Source: an uncultured virus (IMG/VR IMGVR_UViG_2627853864_000004)
Lineage: Duplodnaviria > Heunggongvirae > Uroviricota > Caudoviricetes
Direction: 5' to 3' (one strand)
DNA: 64,000 bases
IMG/VR virus record: IMGVR_UViG_2627853864_000004
In this document: in pieces, positions 8,036-17,943 of the stretch
How the letters are laid out: each line of letters starts with the position of its first letter
How positions within the stretch are numbered: position 1 is the stretch's first letter
Translations under genes and position numbers: made by a program
Notes under the pieces: model-generated
Databases searched by the model: none
Seen by the model: only the letters and a program-made list of their open reading frames with translations
What the model was told of the DNA's origin: nothing

Positions 8036-10057
8036 GTGAGCTACACCGCCGCGGATGTCATCGAGCTAGACGACATCCAGCACACCCGGATGCGGCCACA
8101 GGTCAACCTCGGTGCGAGGGTCTACCAGACCGCCGCTCGCGAGATCGTCGACAACGCCGTGGAAGAGGCAGGTGCTCACGGGTCCACGGTGTCGATCATC
8201 TTGAGATCCGACGGATCGTTCACCGTCACTGATGACGGTCGGGGCTTACCTGTTGACTCCGACCCGGCCGGAAAGAACGGCGTCGTCAAAACACTGGGCA
8301 CGGCGCGGTCAGGTGGGAAGTTCACCGCGCATGCCGACGCCGAGTCCACCGGTGCCGGCCTCAACGGGATCGGTGCTGCAGCTGCGGTATTCATCTCCCG
8401 ACGCACTGACGTCACCGTGTACCGCGCCGGGAAAACGTACAAGCAGAGCTTTGGTGGTGGGTATCCTGGCCGCTTCGCGGGTGACGGCTTCAATCCCGAC
8501 GCCGACTTCACCCGCGATGACACTCAGAAGCTGCGTGGAGTGTCCAACGGCGAGCCCGCCGTGCACGGCACCTCTGTACGCATGCTGCTCGACCCGTCGG
8601 TGGCCCCCGACACCGCACTCGACATCACCGAGGTTCTGCTGCGTGCCCACGCGGCGGTGCGCATGACCCAAAACGTGCACCTGACCGTGATCGACGAAGG
8701 CTGGCCAAGCGGTCCCCTACCCGCAGCTTTGTTGGGGTCATTCTCCGGGCCTTGGGGTACGAGCGCAGTGCTGGACTTCATGTGTGCCTGCGCGCAGACC
8801 CCCATACCCGCGCTTCGGGCCTCCGTCGAGGGCCGCGGCGAGTACGTGACTGGTCGTGGACCTACGCCGTTTCGCTGGTCGCTGACGGCCGGACCGGCCG
8901 AGCCCGCAACGGTGTCCTCTTTCTGCAACACCGTCTACACCGCTGATGGCGGATCACATCTGAACGCGGCTGTAAAAGGACTGACCGAGGCCCTGGCGTC
9001 CCGCGCCGCGCGGCTGCGCGACCTCGGCCTGGCCAAAGGAGAGGATGGCCCCGAGCCGCAGGACTTCGCCGCGGTCACCGCGCTGGCCGTCGATACCCGT
9101 GCGCCTGATGTCTCCTGGAACGGCCAAGACAAGACCGGAGTGTCGTCACGGTCTCTGAACACGGCAATGTCGACCGACGTGGCACGCAGCACCGCGGTGT
9201 GGTCGGCCAACCCGGCGAACACCGACACCGTGACCATGTGGACGAAACTCGCTCTCGAAGCCGCACGAGCTCGCCGCAGCGCTGAGGGGGCCAAATCCCG
9301 GTCCCGTGCGGCATCTAAAGCCAAGGGGCTGGGGACGAATCTGTCACTGCCGCCAAAGCTGCTGCCCTGCCGTGAAACTGGCCGCGGTTCTGGAGCAGAA
9401 CTGTTCATAGCAGAGGGTGACTCGGCTCTTGGCACCATCAAGGCCGCGCGGGACGCAACGTTCCAGGCAGCGTTCCCGCTCAAAGGCAAACCACCGAACG
9501 TCTACGGGTGGACGGTCGCAAAAGCTCGCGGTAAGGAGGAATTTCAGGCTATCGAGCGGATTCTCGACTGCGGGGTACGTGGCCATTGCGACCCGGAGAA
9601 GTGCCGGTACGACAAGATTCTTTTCGCCTCCGACGCCGATCCCGATGGGGGCAACATCAACTCGTCGCTGATCTCGATGTTCCTCGACTTCTACCGGCCT
9701 CTAGTCGAAGCCGGCATGGTCTACGTCACCCTTCCGCCGCTGTTCGTGGTCTCCGACGGCTCGCAGCGCATCTACTGCCAGGACGACGCCGAACGTGACG
9801 TCGCCGTAGCTCGATTGAGGTCAGGAGGCCGGTCGAGGGTCGAGGTGCAACGCAACAAAGGCCTCGGCGAGATGAACGCCGACGACTTCTGGAACACCGT
9901 GCTGGACCCAGGTCAGCGGACCGTTATTCAGGTACGCCCCGACGACCTCGGCGGCGCACTGCACCACACCTTGTTCGGCGGGACTCCTGAAGGCCGGCGC
10001 ACGTGGATGGCCGACGCCGCTTCGCGCATTGATACCTCGTCCTTGGACCTGGATTAG
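8036..10057 (+). CDS. Type IIA DNA topoisomerase subunit B (GyrB/ParE-like, atypical)
   Basis: GHKL 'EIVDNAVEE', 'DDGRGLP', 'GLNGIG'; TOPRIM 'EGDSA', 'PLKGK', 'DADPDG', 'KGLGEM'. Confidence 0.93.
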   Translation: MSYTAADVIELDDIQHTRMRPQVNLGARVYQTAAREIVDNAVEEAGAHGSTVSIILRSDGSFTVTDDGRGLPVDSDPAGKNGVVKTLGTARSGGKFTAHADAESTGAGLNGIGAAAAVFISRRTDVTVYRAGKTYKQSFGGGYPGRFAGDGFNPDADFTRDDTQKLRGVSNGEPAVHGTSVRMLLDPSVAPDTALDITEVLLRAHAAVRMTQNVHLTVIDEGWPSGPLPAALLGSFSGPWGTSAVLDFMCACAQTPIPALRASVEGRGEYVTGRGPTPFRWSLTAGPAEPATVSSFCNTVYTADGGSHLNAAVKGLTEALASRAARLRDLGLAKGEDGPEPQDFAAVTALAVDTRAPDVSWNGQDKTGVSSRSLNTAMSTDVARSTAVWSANPANTDTVTMWTKLALEAARARRSAEGAKSRSRAASKAKGLGTNLSLPPKLLPCRETGRGSGAELFIAEGDSALGTIKAARDATFQAAFPLKGKPPNVYGWTVAKARGKEEFQAIERILDCGVRGHCDPEKCRYDKILFASDADPDGGNINSSLISMFLDFYRPLVEAGMVYVTLPPLFVVSDGSQRIYCQDDAERDVAVARLRSGGRSRVEVQRNKGLGEMNADDFWNTVLDPGQRTVIQVRPDDLGGALHHTLFGGTPEGRRTWMADAASRIDTSSLDLD

Positions 10058-10069
10058 GAGCTCCACACC

Positions 10070-12199
10070 GTGACTGCCACAGAACAGAACCGCGACCTTG
10101 TGCTCGAGCAGAGCGCCGAGGACTACTGGAACCGATACCAACTCACCTTCGCGCTCTACAGCGTCAGCGATCGTGCGATACCGTCAGCATTCGACGGTCT
10201 CAAACCGGGACAGCGCCGTCTGCTGTACCAGATGCACGCCTCCAAGCTGCTGCCGGGCAACAAGCCGCAGAAGTCGTCGAAGGTCTGCTCGGCGGTTACC
10301 GGCAACCTGCACCCGCACGGAGGTGCAGCGATGTATGGCGCGGCGGCGCTTCTGGCCGCTGACTTCCAGCGCGTCAAAATCATTGACGGACAGGGAGCTT
10401 TCCCGCGCATTCAAGGTGACATACCGGCCGCCGACCGATACACAGAAATGCGCCTGTCCCCAACGGGTGCCGCGCTGACCTCTGAACTCGCAGACCACGC
10501 GGTACCGATGACCGACACGTTCGACGGGGAATGGATTGAGCCGGCCGTGCTGCCGGCGCAATTCCCGTTCCTGCTCTGCAACGGTGCCGTCGGCATCGCC
10601 GAAGGTTGGGCCACCAAGGTTCCCGCACACAATCCTCGCGAGGTAATGGCGGCGTGCCGGGCGCTGCTGGCTGATCCACAGCTATCCGATGACGCGCTTA
10701 TGGAACTGCTGCCTGGTCCCGACTGGGGTTGCGGGGCATCCGTGGTCGGCTCCGACGGGCTGCGCGACTACATCACCACCGGAAAAGGTGCGTTCACCGT
10801 ACGCGGCACGGCGGTGGTCGACGGTAAGACGATCACGATCACTGAGCTTCCGCCCGGTGTTGCCAGTTCCACTGTGCAGGAACGAATCCGTGCTCTAGTC
10901 GAGTCGGGGGAAGCTCCGGGCATAGCAGACATGTCCGACCTAACCGACCGCCGCAACGGACTACGCATTGCAGTCACAGTAAAGCGCGGGCACGATCCTG
11001 AGACGGTGCGTGACCAGCTGCTGGCCCAGACTCCGCTGGAGGGCACGTTCGCCGCCAGCGTGGTTGCGCTTGATGGCGACCGGGTTCCGCGCTGGTGGAC
11101 TGTGCGCGAACTGATCTCGGCGTTTTTGTCCCTGCGTGATTCAGTGGTGTTGCGCCGCAGCGAGTACCGGCTGGAGAAGGTCGAGGCGCGGCGGCACCAG
11201 GTGGCCGGCCTGATGGCGGTGCACTTGGACATCGACGCCGCCGTGGCGATCATCCGCCGCTCCGATACCGTCGACGACGCACGAACTGGGCTGCAAGCGC
11301 GGTTCACGCTTGACGCAGAGCAGGCCGACTACGTACTGGCGATGCAGCTGCGCCGACTGACCCGGCTCGATGTGCTGGAACTGCAGGCTGAATCGAAGAA
11401 GCTGGATGCTGAACACGCCACGCTCACCCGACTGGTCTCGTCACCGACCGAGCGCCGCGCGGTGATCGACAAGGAGCTGGTGGAGACGACAAGATTGTTC
11501 AACGCGCCCGAGTTCGATCGCCGCACGCACCTGGACTTCGATGCTGTTCCGGTGTCCGGTGGGAGCTCCGACGACGGCCCCCGTGAGCGCACGATCAACA
11601 AGAACTGGCGACTCGATGATCGGGGCGTGTTCTCCGACAGTCACGGTGAGTTGCTCTCGAGTGGTCTCGGATGGGCGGTATGGACTGACGGCAGAGTGAA
11701 ACTGACTGACGGCAAAGGCCTGCCGACCAAGACTCGCGACGTTCCAGTCGCCCCAGATATCACCGGGCTGCTGTGCTCCGGAGTGTTGGCCCCCGGTGCG
11801 CACCTCGGACTGATCACCCGACGCGGGAAGGTTTTGCGACTGGATCCCGCGACTGTTAATCCACAGGGCGCCGCCGGCAACGGGGTGGTCGGCGTCAAGC
11901 TGGCGGCCGATGGAGGTGACGCGGTGATTGCCGCGTTCCCGCTCACTGGAGCTGAGTCTGAGGCGATCTTGTCGATCTCAGAGAAGGGCTGGAAAGTCAC
12001 TGCTGTCTGGGATATTCCGCCGAAAGGACGTGGCGGTAGCGGTGTCGGGTTCCATCCGTTCATCAGCGGTGAGAGCATGCTCGTTTCTACAGTCGCCTCC
12101 ACCGCCGGCTTCGTGCGCGACGGAAAACCGGTACGCGCCGAGAAGCGAGCGAAGGCCTCGGTGAAGGGCGCAGCTGCCGGAGTGGATCCGGCGAGCTGA
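10070..12199 (+). CDS. Type IIA DNA topoisomerase subunit A (GyrA/ParC-like, atypical)
   Basis: 'RAIPSAFDGLKPGQRR', 'HPHG', catalytic 'RYTE', 'GIAEGWATKVPAHN', 'LPGPD', 'ITELP'; short divergent CTD; RBS AGGAG. Confidence 0.93.
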   Translation: MTATEQNRDLVLEQSAEDYWNRYQLTFALYSVSDRAIPSAFDGLKPGQRRLLYQMHASKLLPGNKPQKSSKVCSAVTGNLHPHGGAAMYGAAALLAADFQRVKIIDGQGAFPRIQGDIPAADRYTEMRLSPTGAALTSELADHAVPMTDTFDGEWIEPAVLPAQFPFLLCNGAVGIAEGWATKVPAHNPREVMAACRALLADPQLSDDALMELLPGPDWGCGASVVGSDGLRDYITTGKGAFTVRGTAVVDGKTITITELPPGVASSTVQERIRALVESGEAPGIADMSDLTDRRNGLRIAVTVKRGHDPETVRDQLLAQTPLEGTFAASVVALDGDRVPRWWTVRELISAFLSLRDSVVLRRSEYRLEKVEARRHQVAGLMAVHLDIDAAVAIIRRSDTVDDARTGLQARFTLDAEQADYVLAMQLRRLTRLDVLELQAESKKLDAEHATLTRLVSSPTERRAVIDKELVETTRLFNAPEFDRRTHLDFDAVPVSGGSSDDGPRERTINKNWRLDDRGVFSDSHGELLSSGLGWAVWTDGRVKLTDGKGLPTKTRDVPVAPDITGLLCSGVLAPGAHLGLITRRGKVLRLDPATVNPQGAAGNGVVGVKLAADGGDAVIAAFPLTGAESEAILSISEKGWKVTAVWDIPPKGRGGSGVGFHPFISGESMLVSTVASTAGFVRDGKPVRAEKRAKASVKGAAAGVDPAS

Positions 12200-12662
12200 T
12201 CGGGTACGCACTGCCCCTGTGGGTTGTCAGCACCAGGACTGCCGCGAGGAGCATCGTGATCGGCACCAAGGAGGCCGGACCGCGCATCAGTTCCAGATCT
12301 CGGCACTCCTCGCGCAGTCGAGCGCGTTCGTTAATCCTGCAGCTGGAGTCAATCAACGCTGCGCACGTTGTCGCGGCGGAATGCGAGCGCAGCCGAGGCC
12401 CCAGAAGCCGATCCTGCGGCGTTGACGCCACCGTTGAGGGCTCGGCCGGCCAGCAGCTCCGCGGCGTACCCGAGATCCGGGGAGGAGACAGGCTTTGACC
12501 AACTACGACCGGGCGAAGGCCGTGCGACGTAGCGCGGCGTTTTGAGGACGAAACGGACCAGGCTGACCGGCACCCGATCCACACCACGTAAATTCGTGTA
12601 ACCCATCAGGGTGAGACATCACCCTGTGTTCGTGGGTGATTCGAACGGACGCAGGGGGCTGG

Positions 12663-13328
12663 ATGCGGAAGGTGCCGACGAAGGCGATCGCTCTTCTTCT
12701 TGTGGTGCTGGTTGCGACATTCGTGGCCGGGTGCCAGGAATCGCCCCAGAAACCAACGTGCAGAGACGATAGTTCTTCCCTTCACGGAGCACTCAGGGAT
12801 GCCACGAATGCCGCCTGCGAGGCGGAATATGCCTGGTACCAGGCTCAAGAGGATCGATCGCTGCCGAGAAAGCTGGCTGACGGAGACAAGGACTCCTGGT
12901 CGATAGTTGCTGGAGCCTTGCTTCTCGTTGCCGGTATCGCCGGAATCGCCATAGGCCGATCAAAAGGCAGCAATGCCCCATCGACAGAAGCGGAACAACC
13001 TCCCGGCCAGGAGTCGGCTTTCGTGACGCCGACTCCTGAGTCAGCGGCGGGTTCACTGATGGATTCCGACGGAGGCTGCACCCGTGCTCGATGGGCGACC
13101 GTCGGCGCGTGCGCCGCGGTCGGCATGCCGGACGCGCTGGTTCTCGTCAGAGTCGACCCGCGACCAGACGGGGACGCTGAAGTCATTCTCGAGCTTCGGG
13201 GAATCACTGAAGGAACGGCCATGTCCCTGGTCAAAAGCCACCTGCTTGCGGCGTGGGGCGTTCGGTCGGTGCGCGGCATCGGCCTGTCCCGAGACGGTCT
13301 GTTCCAAGTGACAGTCAGCAACGACTAA
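12663..13328 (+). CDS. Putative lipoprotein/membrane protein
   Basis: Signal peptide with lipobox 'VAGC'; second hydrophobic helix. Confidence 0.55.
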   Translation: MRKVPTKAIALLLVVLVATFVAGCQESPQKPTCRDDSSSLHGALRDATNAACEAEYAWYQAQEDRSLPRKLADGDKDSWSIVAGALLLVAGIAGIAIGRSKGSNAPSTEAEQPPGQESAFVTPTPESAAGSLMDSDGGCTRARWATVGACAAVGMPDALVLVRVDPRPDGDAEVILELRGITEGTAMSLVKSHLLAAWGVRSVRGIGLSRDGLFQVTVSND

Positions 13329-13598
13329 CTATGTGCTGACATCCTGGGACTGGGTCTTCACCCAGATTTCCCGCTCGCCTTCAGCGTCGATGATCCCGAC
13401 AAGTGCCGGGTACCCGGCTTCAAGCCGTTCGACGGCGGCACCCAACACGAAGGGCCCGGGAAGCAGTTCCGCGATCAGTTCGTCAACGGTCAGCGCTCGC
13501 CCATCAGTGGACCCGCCACGCACCTCGAACTGCTTCCCATCACCTGCCACGCGCAATCGCTGCATCAGATCGGTTTCCGTGGCGGTGATGGTGGTCAT
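13329..13598 (-). CDS. Hypothetical protein
   Basis: RBS GGAAGGG; downstream of putative GntR operator. Confidence 0.55.
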   Translation of the reverse strand: MTTITATETDLMQRLRVAGDGKQFEVRGGSTDGRALTVDELIAELLPGPFVLGAAVERLEAGYPALVGIIDAEGEREIWVKTQSQDVST

Positions 13599-13714
13599 AT
13601 TCCGAATGCCCTTCCTGCTGCGGTTATCTCATGCCACTGCGTACTTGGCGGTGGCGCCAAATGAGAGTCCGGTCGGCTGATCCGACGGACCCTCCTCTAG
13701 ATGAGTTGAGCATA

Positions 13715-13729
13715 CATAGACGTCTAGAC
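13715..13729. promoter_or_regulatory. Putative GntR/HutC (KorSA-type) operator
   Basis: CATAGACGTCTAGAC contains GTCTAGAC (GTnTAnAC); related TCTAGACGACTAGCC at 14574-14588. Confidence 0.5.
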
Positions 13730-13772
13730 AAGTTCTACACACAGCGGGGCCATCAAAAGGGTTTCCGAGGAT

Positions 13773-14567
13773 TTAACGCGCCGAGAACTCGTATTCGAGC
13801 AGGTAGGAAGGTGCGACTTTCACGGTGTCGCAAACTTCGACCGCCACATCGTTCACGTCGTAGGCGGTACGCAGCACGGTCAAGACAGGCACGCCCAGAC
13901 CGATGTTGAGCACACGGCGTTCGTCAGGAGTGGGCATCCGTGCTCCAACCTCCTCAGTGAACCGTGCTAGGACATGCCCGGATTCTTCGAGACGCGCATA
14001 GATACCGCCGGGACCCGTGTCGGTTTGTTCGATCGCGGTGCCGGCAGCAAAAGCCACCGGGATGTAGGAAACGGCGGTCTCGATTGGCTGCCCGTCCGCC
14101 AGGTAACGCCGCGACCGTACAACGACGTCATCACTGACGGGAACGCGAAGTCGCTCGGCAACGATGGAACCTGGCTTCTGTCGCCGAACAGTGATGCTGT
14201 CGACGCGGGGAGAATAACCGGACTTCTCAGCTTCGACACTGAACGCGGCTTTTCCCTCGTCACGATGCCTGCGCGCGAACCGATCAGAGGCCAGTCGCCG
14301 AATCGGCGGACGCGCCTGCACAAAAACACCACGACCGTGTTCGGAGACAACAAGCCCCTCGCCGCGCAGCTCCTGGACGGCCTGCCGGACGGTCATGCGT
14401 GCTACACCAAAATGCTCGATCAGGTCCGCTTCGGACGGAAGCCGCTCGCCGGCCGCAAACTGGCGCGACTCGATAGCTGCACGCAAAATCGCCGCGATCT
14501 GACGATACGGTGGACGGTCGTCCGTCTTGTCGATCCCGTCAAGTTGCAGCACGTGTCGGCCTTTCAT
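13773..14567 (-). CDS. GntR/HutC-family (UTRA) transcriptional regulator, KorSA-like
   Basis: 'PYRQIA...GERLPSEADLIEHFGVARMTVRQAVQEL..EGLV..HGRGVFV' plus UTRA-like C-terminus. Confidence 0.9.
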   Translation of the reverse strand: MKGRHVLQLDGIDKTDDRPPYRQIAAILRAAIESRQFAAGERLPSEADLIEHFGVARMTVRQAVQELRGEGLVVSEHGRGVFVQARPPIRRLASDRFARRHRDEGKAAFSVEAEKSGYSPRVDSITVRRQKPGSIVAERLRVPVSDDVVVRSRRYLADGQPIETAVSYIPVAFAAGTAIEQTDTGPGGIYARLEESGHVLARFTEEVGARMPTPDERRVLNIGLGVPVLTVLRTAYDVNDVAVEVCDTVKVAPSYLLEYEFSAR

Positions 14568-14645
14568 GGCATATCTAGACGACTAGCCTAGAGGTATCGC
14601 TCACGCGTGTCACGAAGCAGCACCCGAGTCAATGGAGGTCGGACG

Positions 14646-15074
14646 GTGGCAGACACACCGAAACACTCGGTCAGTGTGGCAGGGATCGTCGTCGACAGCG
14701 ACAATCGAGTTCTCGTCATTCGACGTGACGACAACGGCCGCTGGGAAGCTCCCGGTGGCGTTCTGGAGCTGGACGAATCGTTCGAGGACGGTGTACGGCG
14801 TGAGGTTCGCGAAGAGACCGGTTTGCAGGTCGAGGTCGAGCAGCTGACGGGCGTCTACAAGAATCTCAGCCGCGGCATTGTTGCGCTGGTTTTTCGGTGC
14901 CGCCCTGAGGCCGGCGAGGTTCACCCGACCGACGAGGCTCAAGACGTCCGCTGGATGACCAGGGACCAGGTCGAGGTCGCGATGACGCCCGCGTTCGCCA
15001 TCCGGGTGCTCGATGCGTTCGACGGCACGGTCCACACACGAATTCACGACGGCACCAACCTGGTCACCGCCTGA
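14646..15074 (+). CDS. Nudix (MutT-like) hydrolase, Pif-like
   Basis: Nudix box 'PGGVLELDESFEDGVRREVREETG'; RBS GGAGG; divergent from GntR. Confidence 0.9.
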   Translation: MADTPKHSVSVAGIVVDSDNRVLVIRRDDNGRWEAPGGVLELDESFEDGVRREVREETGLQVEVEQLTGVYKNLSRGIVALVFRCRPEAGEVHPTDEAQDVRWMTRDQVEVAMTPAFAIRVLDAFDGTVHTRIHDGTNLVTA

Positions 15075-15190
15075 ACACGCGGCTGTCCAGTAGATTCTGA
15101 GTGTCGGTCTCGGTCCTGCCGCGCCGTGCGTCGATCAGCTGCCTCCCGAGGCGGATTCTCACGGTGCCCCCGACTTCACAAAGGATCACC

Positions 15191-15688
15191 GTGACCCGCA
15201 CTCAGGACCAGCTGTTCGACACGTTCCTGGACGACGCCTGCGCCAACCTCACCAGCGCCGGCATCCTCGCGCCGCCGCACACCTGTGACAGTGTCGCCGA
15301 ACCTGCATCGCTGGCTGGCGAGTTCCACCGGTTCATCTCCGGCATCGGCTCCCCTTTCAGCGACCGGGCAGAGGCCGCCGAAGTGGCACTGGATGCGGTG
15401 GCGTCGGTCATCGCCGGATTGCCGTGGCCGCAGTGGCTGCACGAGCCTGCAGACACAATCGGCAAGCAGGGTTACCGCGCCGAGGCCCTTCTCCTGATAT
15501 GCGCACTCGCCGAGGATGCCGAACCCGTTCAGGTTCGCGACTGGTACAACTCCCGCAGCGGTTTGTGGGACGACCCGGGGTATGACCGCAGCAGTGACGC
15601 CGCCGCGGCACTTCGGCGCATCGGTGAACTCGCCGGCGAGGCGGCTGGTCGCGCTGACGGTTACTTGGCATGCATCACCGAGGCGTAG
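15191..15688 (+). CDS. Hypothetical protein
   Basis: RBS AAGGA + GTG; GC3 bias. Confidence 0.55.
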   Translation: MTRTQDQLFDTFLDDACANLTSAGILAPPHTCDSVAEPASLAGEFHRFISGIGSPFSDRAEAAEVALDAVASVIAGLPWPQWLHEPADTIGKQGYRAEALLLICALAEDAEPVQVRDWYNSRSGLWDDPGYDRSSDAAAALRRIGELAGEAAGRADGYLACITEA

Positions 15689-15802
15689 CAGGCCACCGGA
15701 GTCCGTGCCCGCAATATTCCAACTGCGCGCCCGATCCGTGGACGGGTCCGAAACCGTGGCACGCTGCCCTTCGATCAGCAACTCCGGGAAAGGCGGCAGC
15801 CC

Positions 15803-15958
15803 ATGGCATTGTTCAACGTCTTATCGAGCGTCGTCGAACTGATCGAGGCCCCGACAGCTGAGGCGGCCATCGCAGATCTGAACACGCGCCTTCGGAAGGC
15901 CGGCTTCGAACTATACGATGGTCAACCGTCGAACGCTTTCGAGAGTGAGCCGCAGTGA
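15803..15958 (+). CDS. Small hypothetical protein (51 aa; not in ORF track)
   Basis: RBS GAAAGG; MALFNVLSSVVELIEAPTAEAAIADLNTRLRKAGFELYDGQPSNAFESEPQ. Confidence 0.5.
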   Translation: MALFNVLSSVVELIEAPTAEAAIADLNTRLRKAGFELYDGQPSNAFESEPQ

Positions 15959-16197
15959 CACGGCGCTCAACTTGCCAATGCTGGATACCGCGGGGCCCTT
16001 CGTCAGGTTCCTCATCCCGGGAATCGTCGTTGGTCTACTGACGGACGGCCACACTGGGCCGGACCACCCCGACCACTCCGCCGACACGGCATCCGCGAGG
16101 ATGCGGCCGGGTTGCCAGCGGTGATCGCCAACGTCGATGCAGTCCTGCCCTCCCCAATCACCGACCAAGTTCCACAGAGCACCGTGTCGGCGCTGCG

Positions 16198-16575
16198 ATG
16201 GTGGTCCTTGGGTTCGGACTGCTGCCGGACGGATCGCTGCGTGATGGGCTGATCGATCGGCTGCGTCAGGGATGGGCGGTGGCGCAAGCGTATCCGGCGA
16301 TGCGGGGTGCGGTTTCCGGTGTCGATTCACGTGGCGGACACACCGCAGCTGCGGCCACGCGCGATTGTCTGATCGGCGGAAGTATGCCGGCACAACGCAT
16401 CCTTACCGAGCGCACGTTAATATCAGCCACATCCAATGCTGCAGCGCCGCTGCGCCGTTCGATGATCGTCTCGGGCACGGTGCTGATCACCTAACCGGAC
16501 CATCTGCGCCGCGCGATCGCTGATTTCCTGGTGGGCGGCGCAGCACTGCAAGCGGTCTTGGCCAGACCCGGACTG
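16198..16575 (+). pseudogene. Decayed YdcF/DUF218 (ElyC/SanA-like) gene
   Basis: 'VVLGFGLLPDGSLRDGLIDRL', 'RILTE..SATSNA', then in-frame TAA followed by 'PDHLRRAIADF'. Confidence 0.55.
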
Positions 16576-16727
16576 GTTCCGGGCCCCGACCAGGTCGCGC
16601 CTGTCCACGCCGTTTCCTGGGCTGTCTTAGGTATCTGAGCTACGCGCCTGGCGGCCCGCTCTTCCGGCGCCCATGCCACGATCAGCGGGCGTATCACTCA
16701 CCGCGGCAACGGAAGGGGGCCCACAAC

Positions 16728-16880
16728 ATGGACCAGGAGTTCGTCGCTGACGACGTTCACGTGTACGGATTCAGCGGTCCTGCTCAGGATCGAGTACTGA
16801 TCGCCACGGCCGAGTCGCCAACCTGGGCGAAGACGATCGCCGAGCTTCTCACCCGCGACCCTGACGCTTATGTCGTCTGA
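16728..16880 (+). CDS. Small hypothetical protein (50 aa; not in ORF track)
   Basis: RBS GGAAGGGGG; MDQEFVADDVHVYGFSG...; overlaps next start. Confidence 0.45.
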   Translation: MDQEFVADDVHVYGFSGPAQDRVLIATAESPTWAKTIAELLTRDPDAYVV

Positions 16881-17130
16881 GCCCACGGCACACCCATTCA
16901 GGGTCGGGGACCGCGTCACGCGTCGGGGCGGTTCCGGTGTCGAGGGCGAGGTGCTCGCCGACAGCGGATCCATGGGCGGACTGAACCCGGTCCCCGGCTG
17001 GGAACCGGGAACTCCACGTCCGCCGGCCGCCACCACCGGTCTCATCCCCGTGTTCTGGATGGACCGCGACCGCGGGGTTCACGAATGGTGGGAGGACCCT
17101 GCTGGGCTGGAAGTCGCGCCAGCCGACTAA
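16870..17130 (+). CDS. Hypothetical protein, SH3/KOW-like
   Basis: 'FRVGDRV...GEV'. Confidence 0.55.
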   Translation: MSSEPTAHPFRVGDRVTRRGGSGVEGEVLADSGSMGGLNPVPGWEPGTPRPPAATTGLIPVFWMDRDRGVHEWWEDPAGLEVAPAD

Positions 17131-17246
17131 GCCCCCAGCGCCGCACACCGCGACACCCCCTAGAAATCCAGTTCCGGTTTCCTCAGTTGACTGCCCATCC
17201 TTGGATGCACCCATCGGCAGCGCGGGCCGGCTGAACCTTGATGCGG

Positions 17247-17486
17247 TCACTCATTCGGATGCCTCCGGTGTCCAGGCGACGCGGCGTGGGAACGGCAACC
17301 GGGCTCAGTCATCCGCACCGCCTGGACAGCCCGGACGACGCGGCGCTGAATATCGGATCCCTCGCTGATGGCCCGGCCCACGTGGTTCATCACAAAGTAC
17401 GACCCGTCCGGTCGGCGGCTTGCCGTGTACCACTTGCGGCCGTCGACGACTTCGTAGAGCTGATCTTCGATCAGCCGCGCCTTCAC
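17247..17486 (-). CDS. Hypothetical protein
   Basis: GTGA overlap with upstream ORF. Confidence 0.5.
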   Translation of the reverse strand: MKARLIEDQLYEVVDGRKWYTASRRPDGSYFVMNHVGRAISEGSDIQRRVVRAVQAVRMTEPGCRSHAASPGHRRHPNE

Positions 17487-17671
17487 GGTGCACCGTCCCG
17501 CAGGATCTTGTCGGCTTCGGCGGGGTCTTCAGGTTCGAATCCGGTGCAATAGCAGACGCGTTCGCGACCGAACTCGACGACGAACGCAACGCACGACGCG
17601 GATGCACCGGTGTGCTCGTCATGTTCATGTGGACAATCGGCGCACGTGCCGGTGGTGACTGGCGCCGTCAC
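17483..17671 (-). CDS. Small Cys/His-rich protein
   Basis: 'CADCPHEHDEH...C...CYC'; GTGA overlaps at both ends. Confidence 0.55.
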   Translation of the reverse strand: MTAPVTTGTCADCPHEHDEHTGASASCVAFVVEFGRERVCYCTGFEPEDPAEADKILRDGAP

Positions 17672-17808
17672 AGCGATCCCCCGCCTGCGCCGCCGTCTGC
17701 CACGGTGCCAGCGAAAGCCGCTTGCGCGTCTGCGAAGATCGCGTCGATGCGATATTCGCGGGTTTCCAAGCTCGTCTTCAGTTCCAAGATGTCCGATGGG
17801 ACCGACAT
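17668..17808 (-). CDS. Small hypothetical protein (46 aa; not in ORF track)
   Basis: RBS GGGGAGGG; MSVPSDILELKTSLETREYRID...; first gene after palindrome copy 2. Confidence 0.5.
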   Translation of the reverse strand: MSVPSDILELKTSLETREYRIDAIFADAQAAFAGTVADGGAGGGSL

Positions 17809-17830
17809 ACGCTTACCCTCCCCGAGGTCA

Positions 17831-17849
17831 GTATCTCTATTTTAGATAC
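17831..17849 (-). promoter_or_regulatory. Palindrome copy 2 (variant)
   Basis: GTATCTCTATTTTAGATAC; TAAAAT -10 on - strand just upstream of the 17808 start. Confidence 0.65.
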
Positions 17850-17943
17850 TACCACCAACACGGTGCAGATTTTGCGCCAGAAACCGGCTCGTACCAGCAG
17901 CTACTCGGTTGTCACGTCCTACAGCCGCTGCGGGAAGAAAGCG

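Noticed and set aside
8036..12199. Calling these chromosomal gyrB/gyrA
   Set aside because: Highly divergent, no GyrA-box seen, no dnaA/dnaN/recF context
14646..15074. Nudix as the eraser partner of the PARP
   Set aside because: 9 kb away and in a GntR-divergent arrangement better explained by korSA/pif; no ADP-ribose specificity evidence
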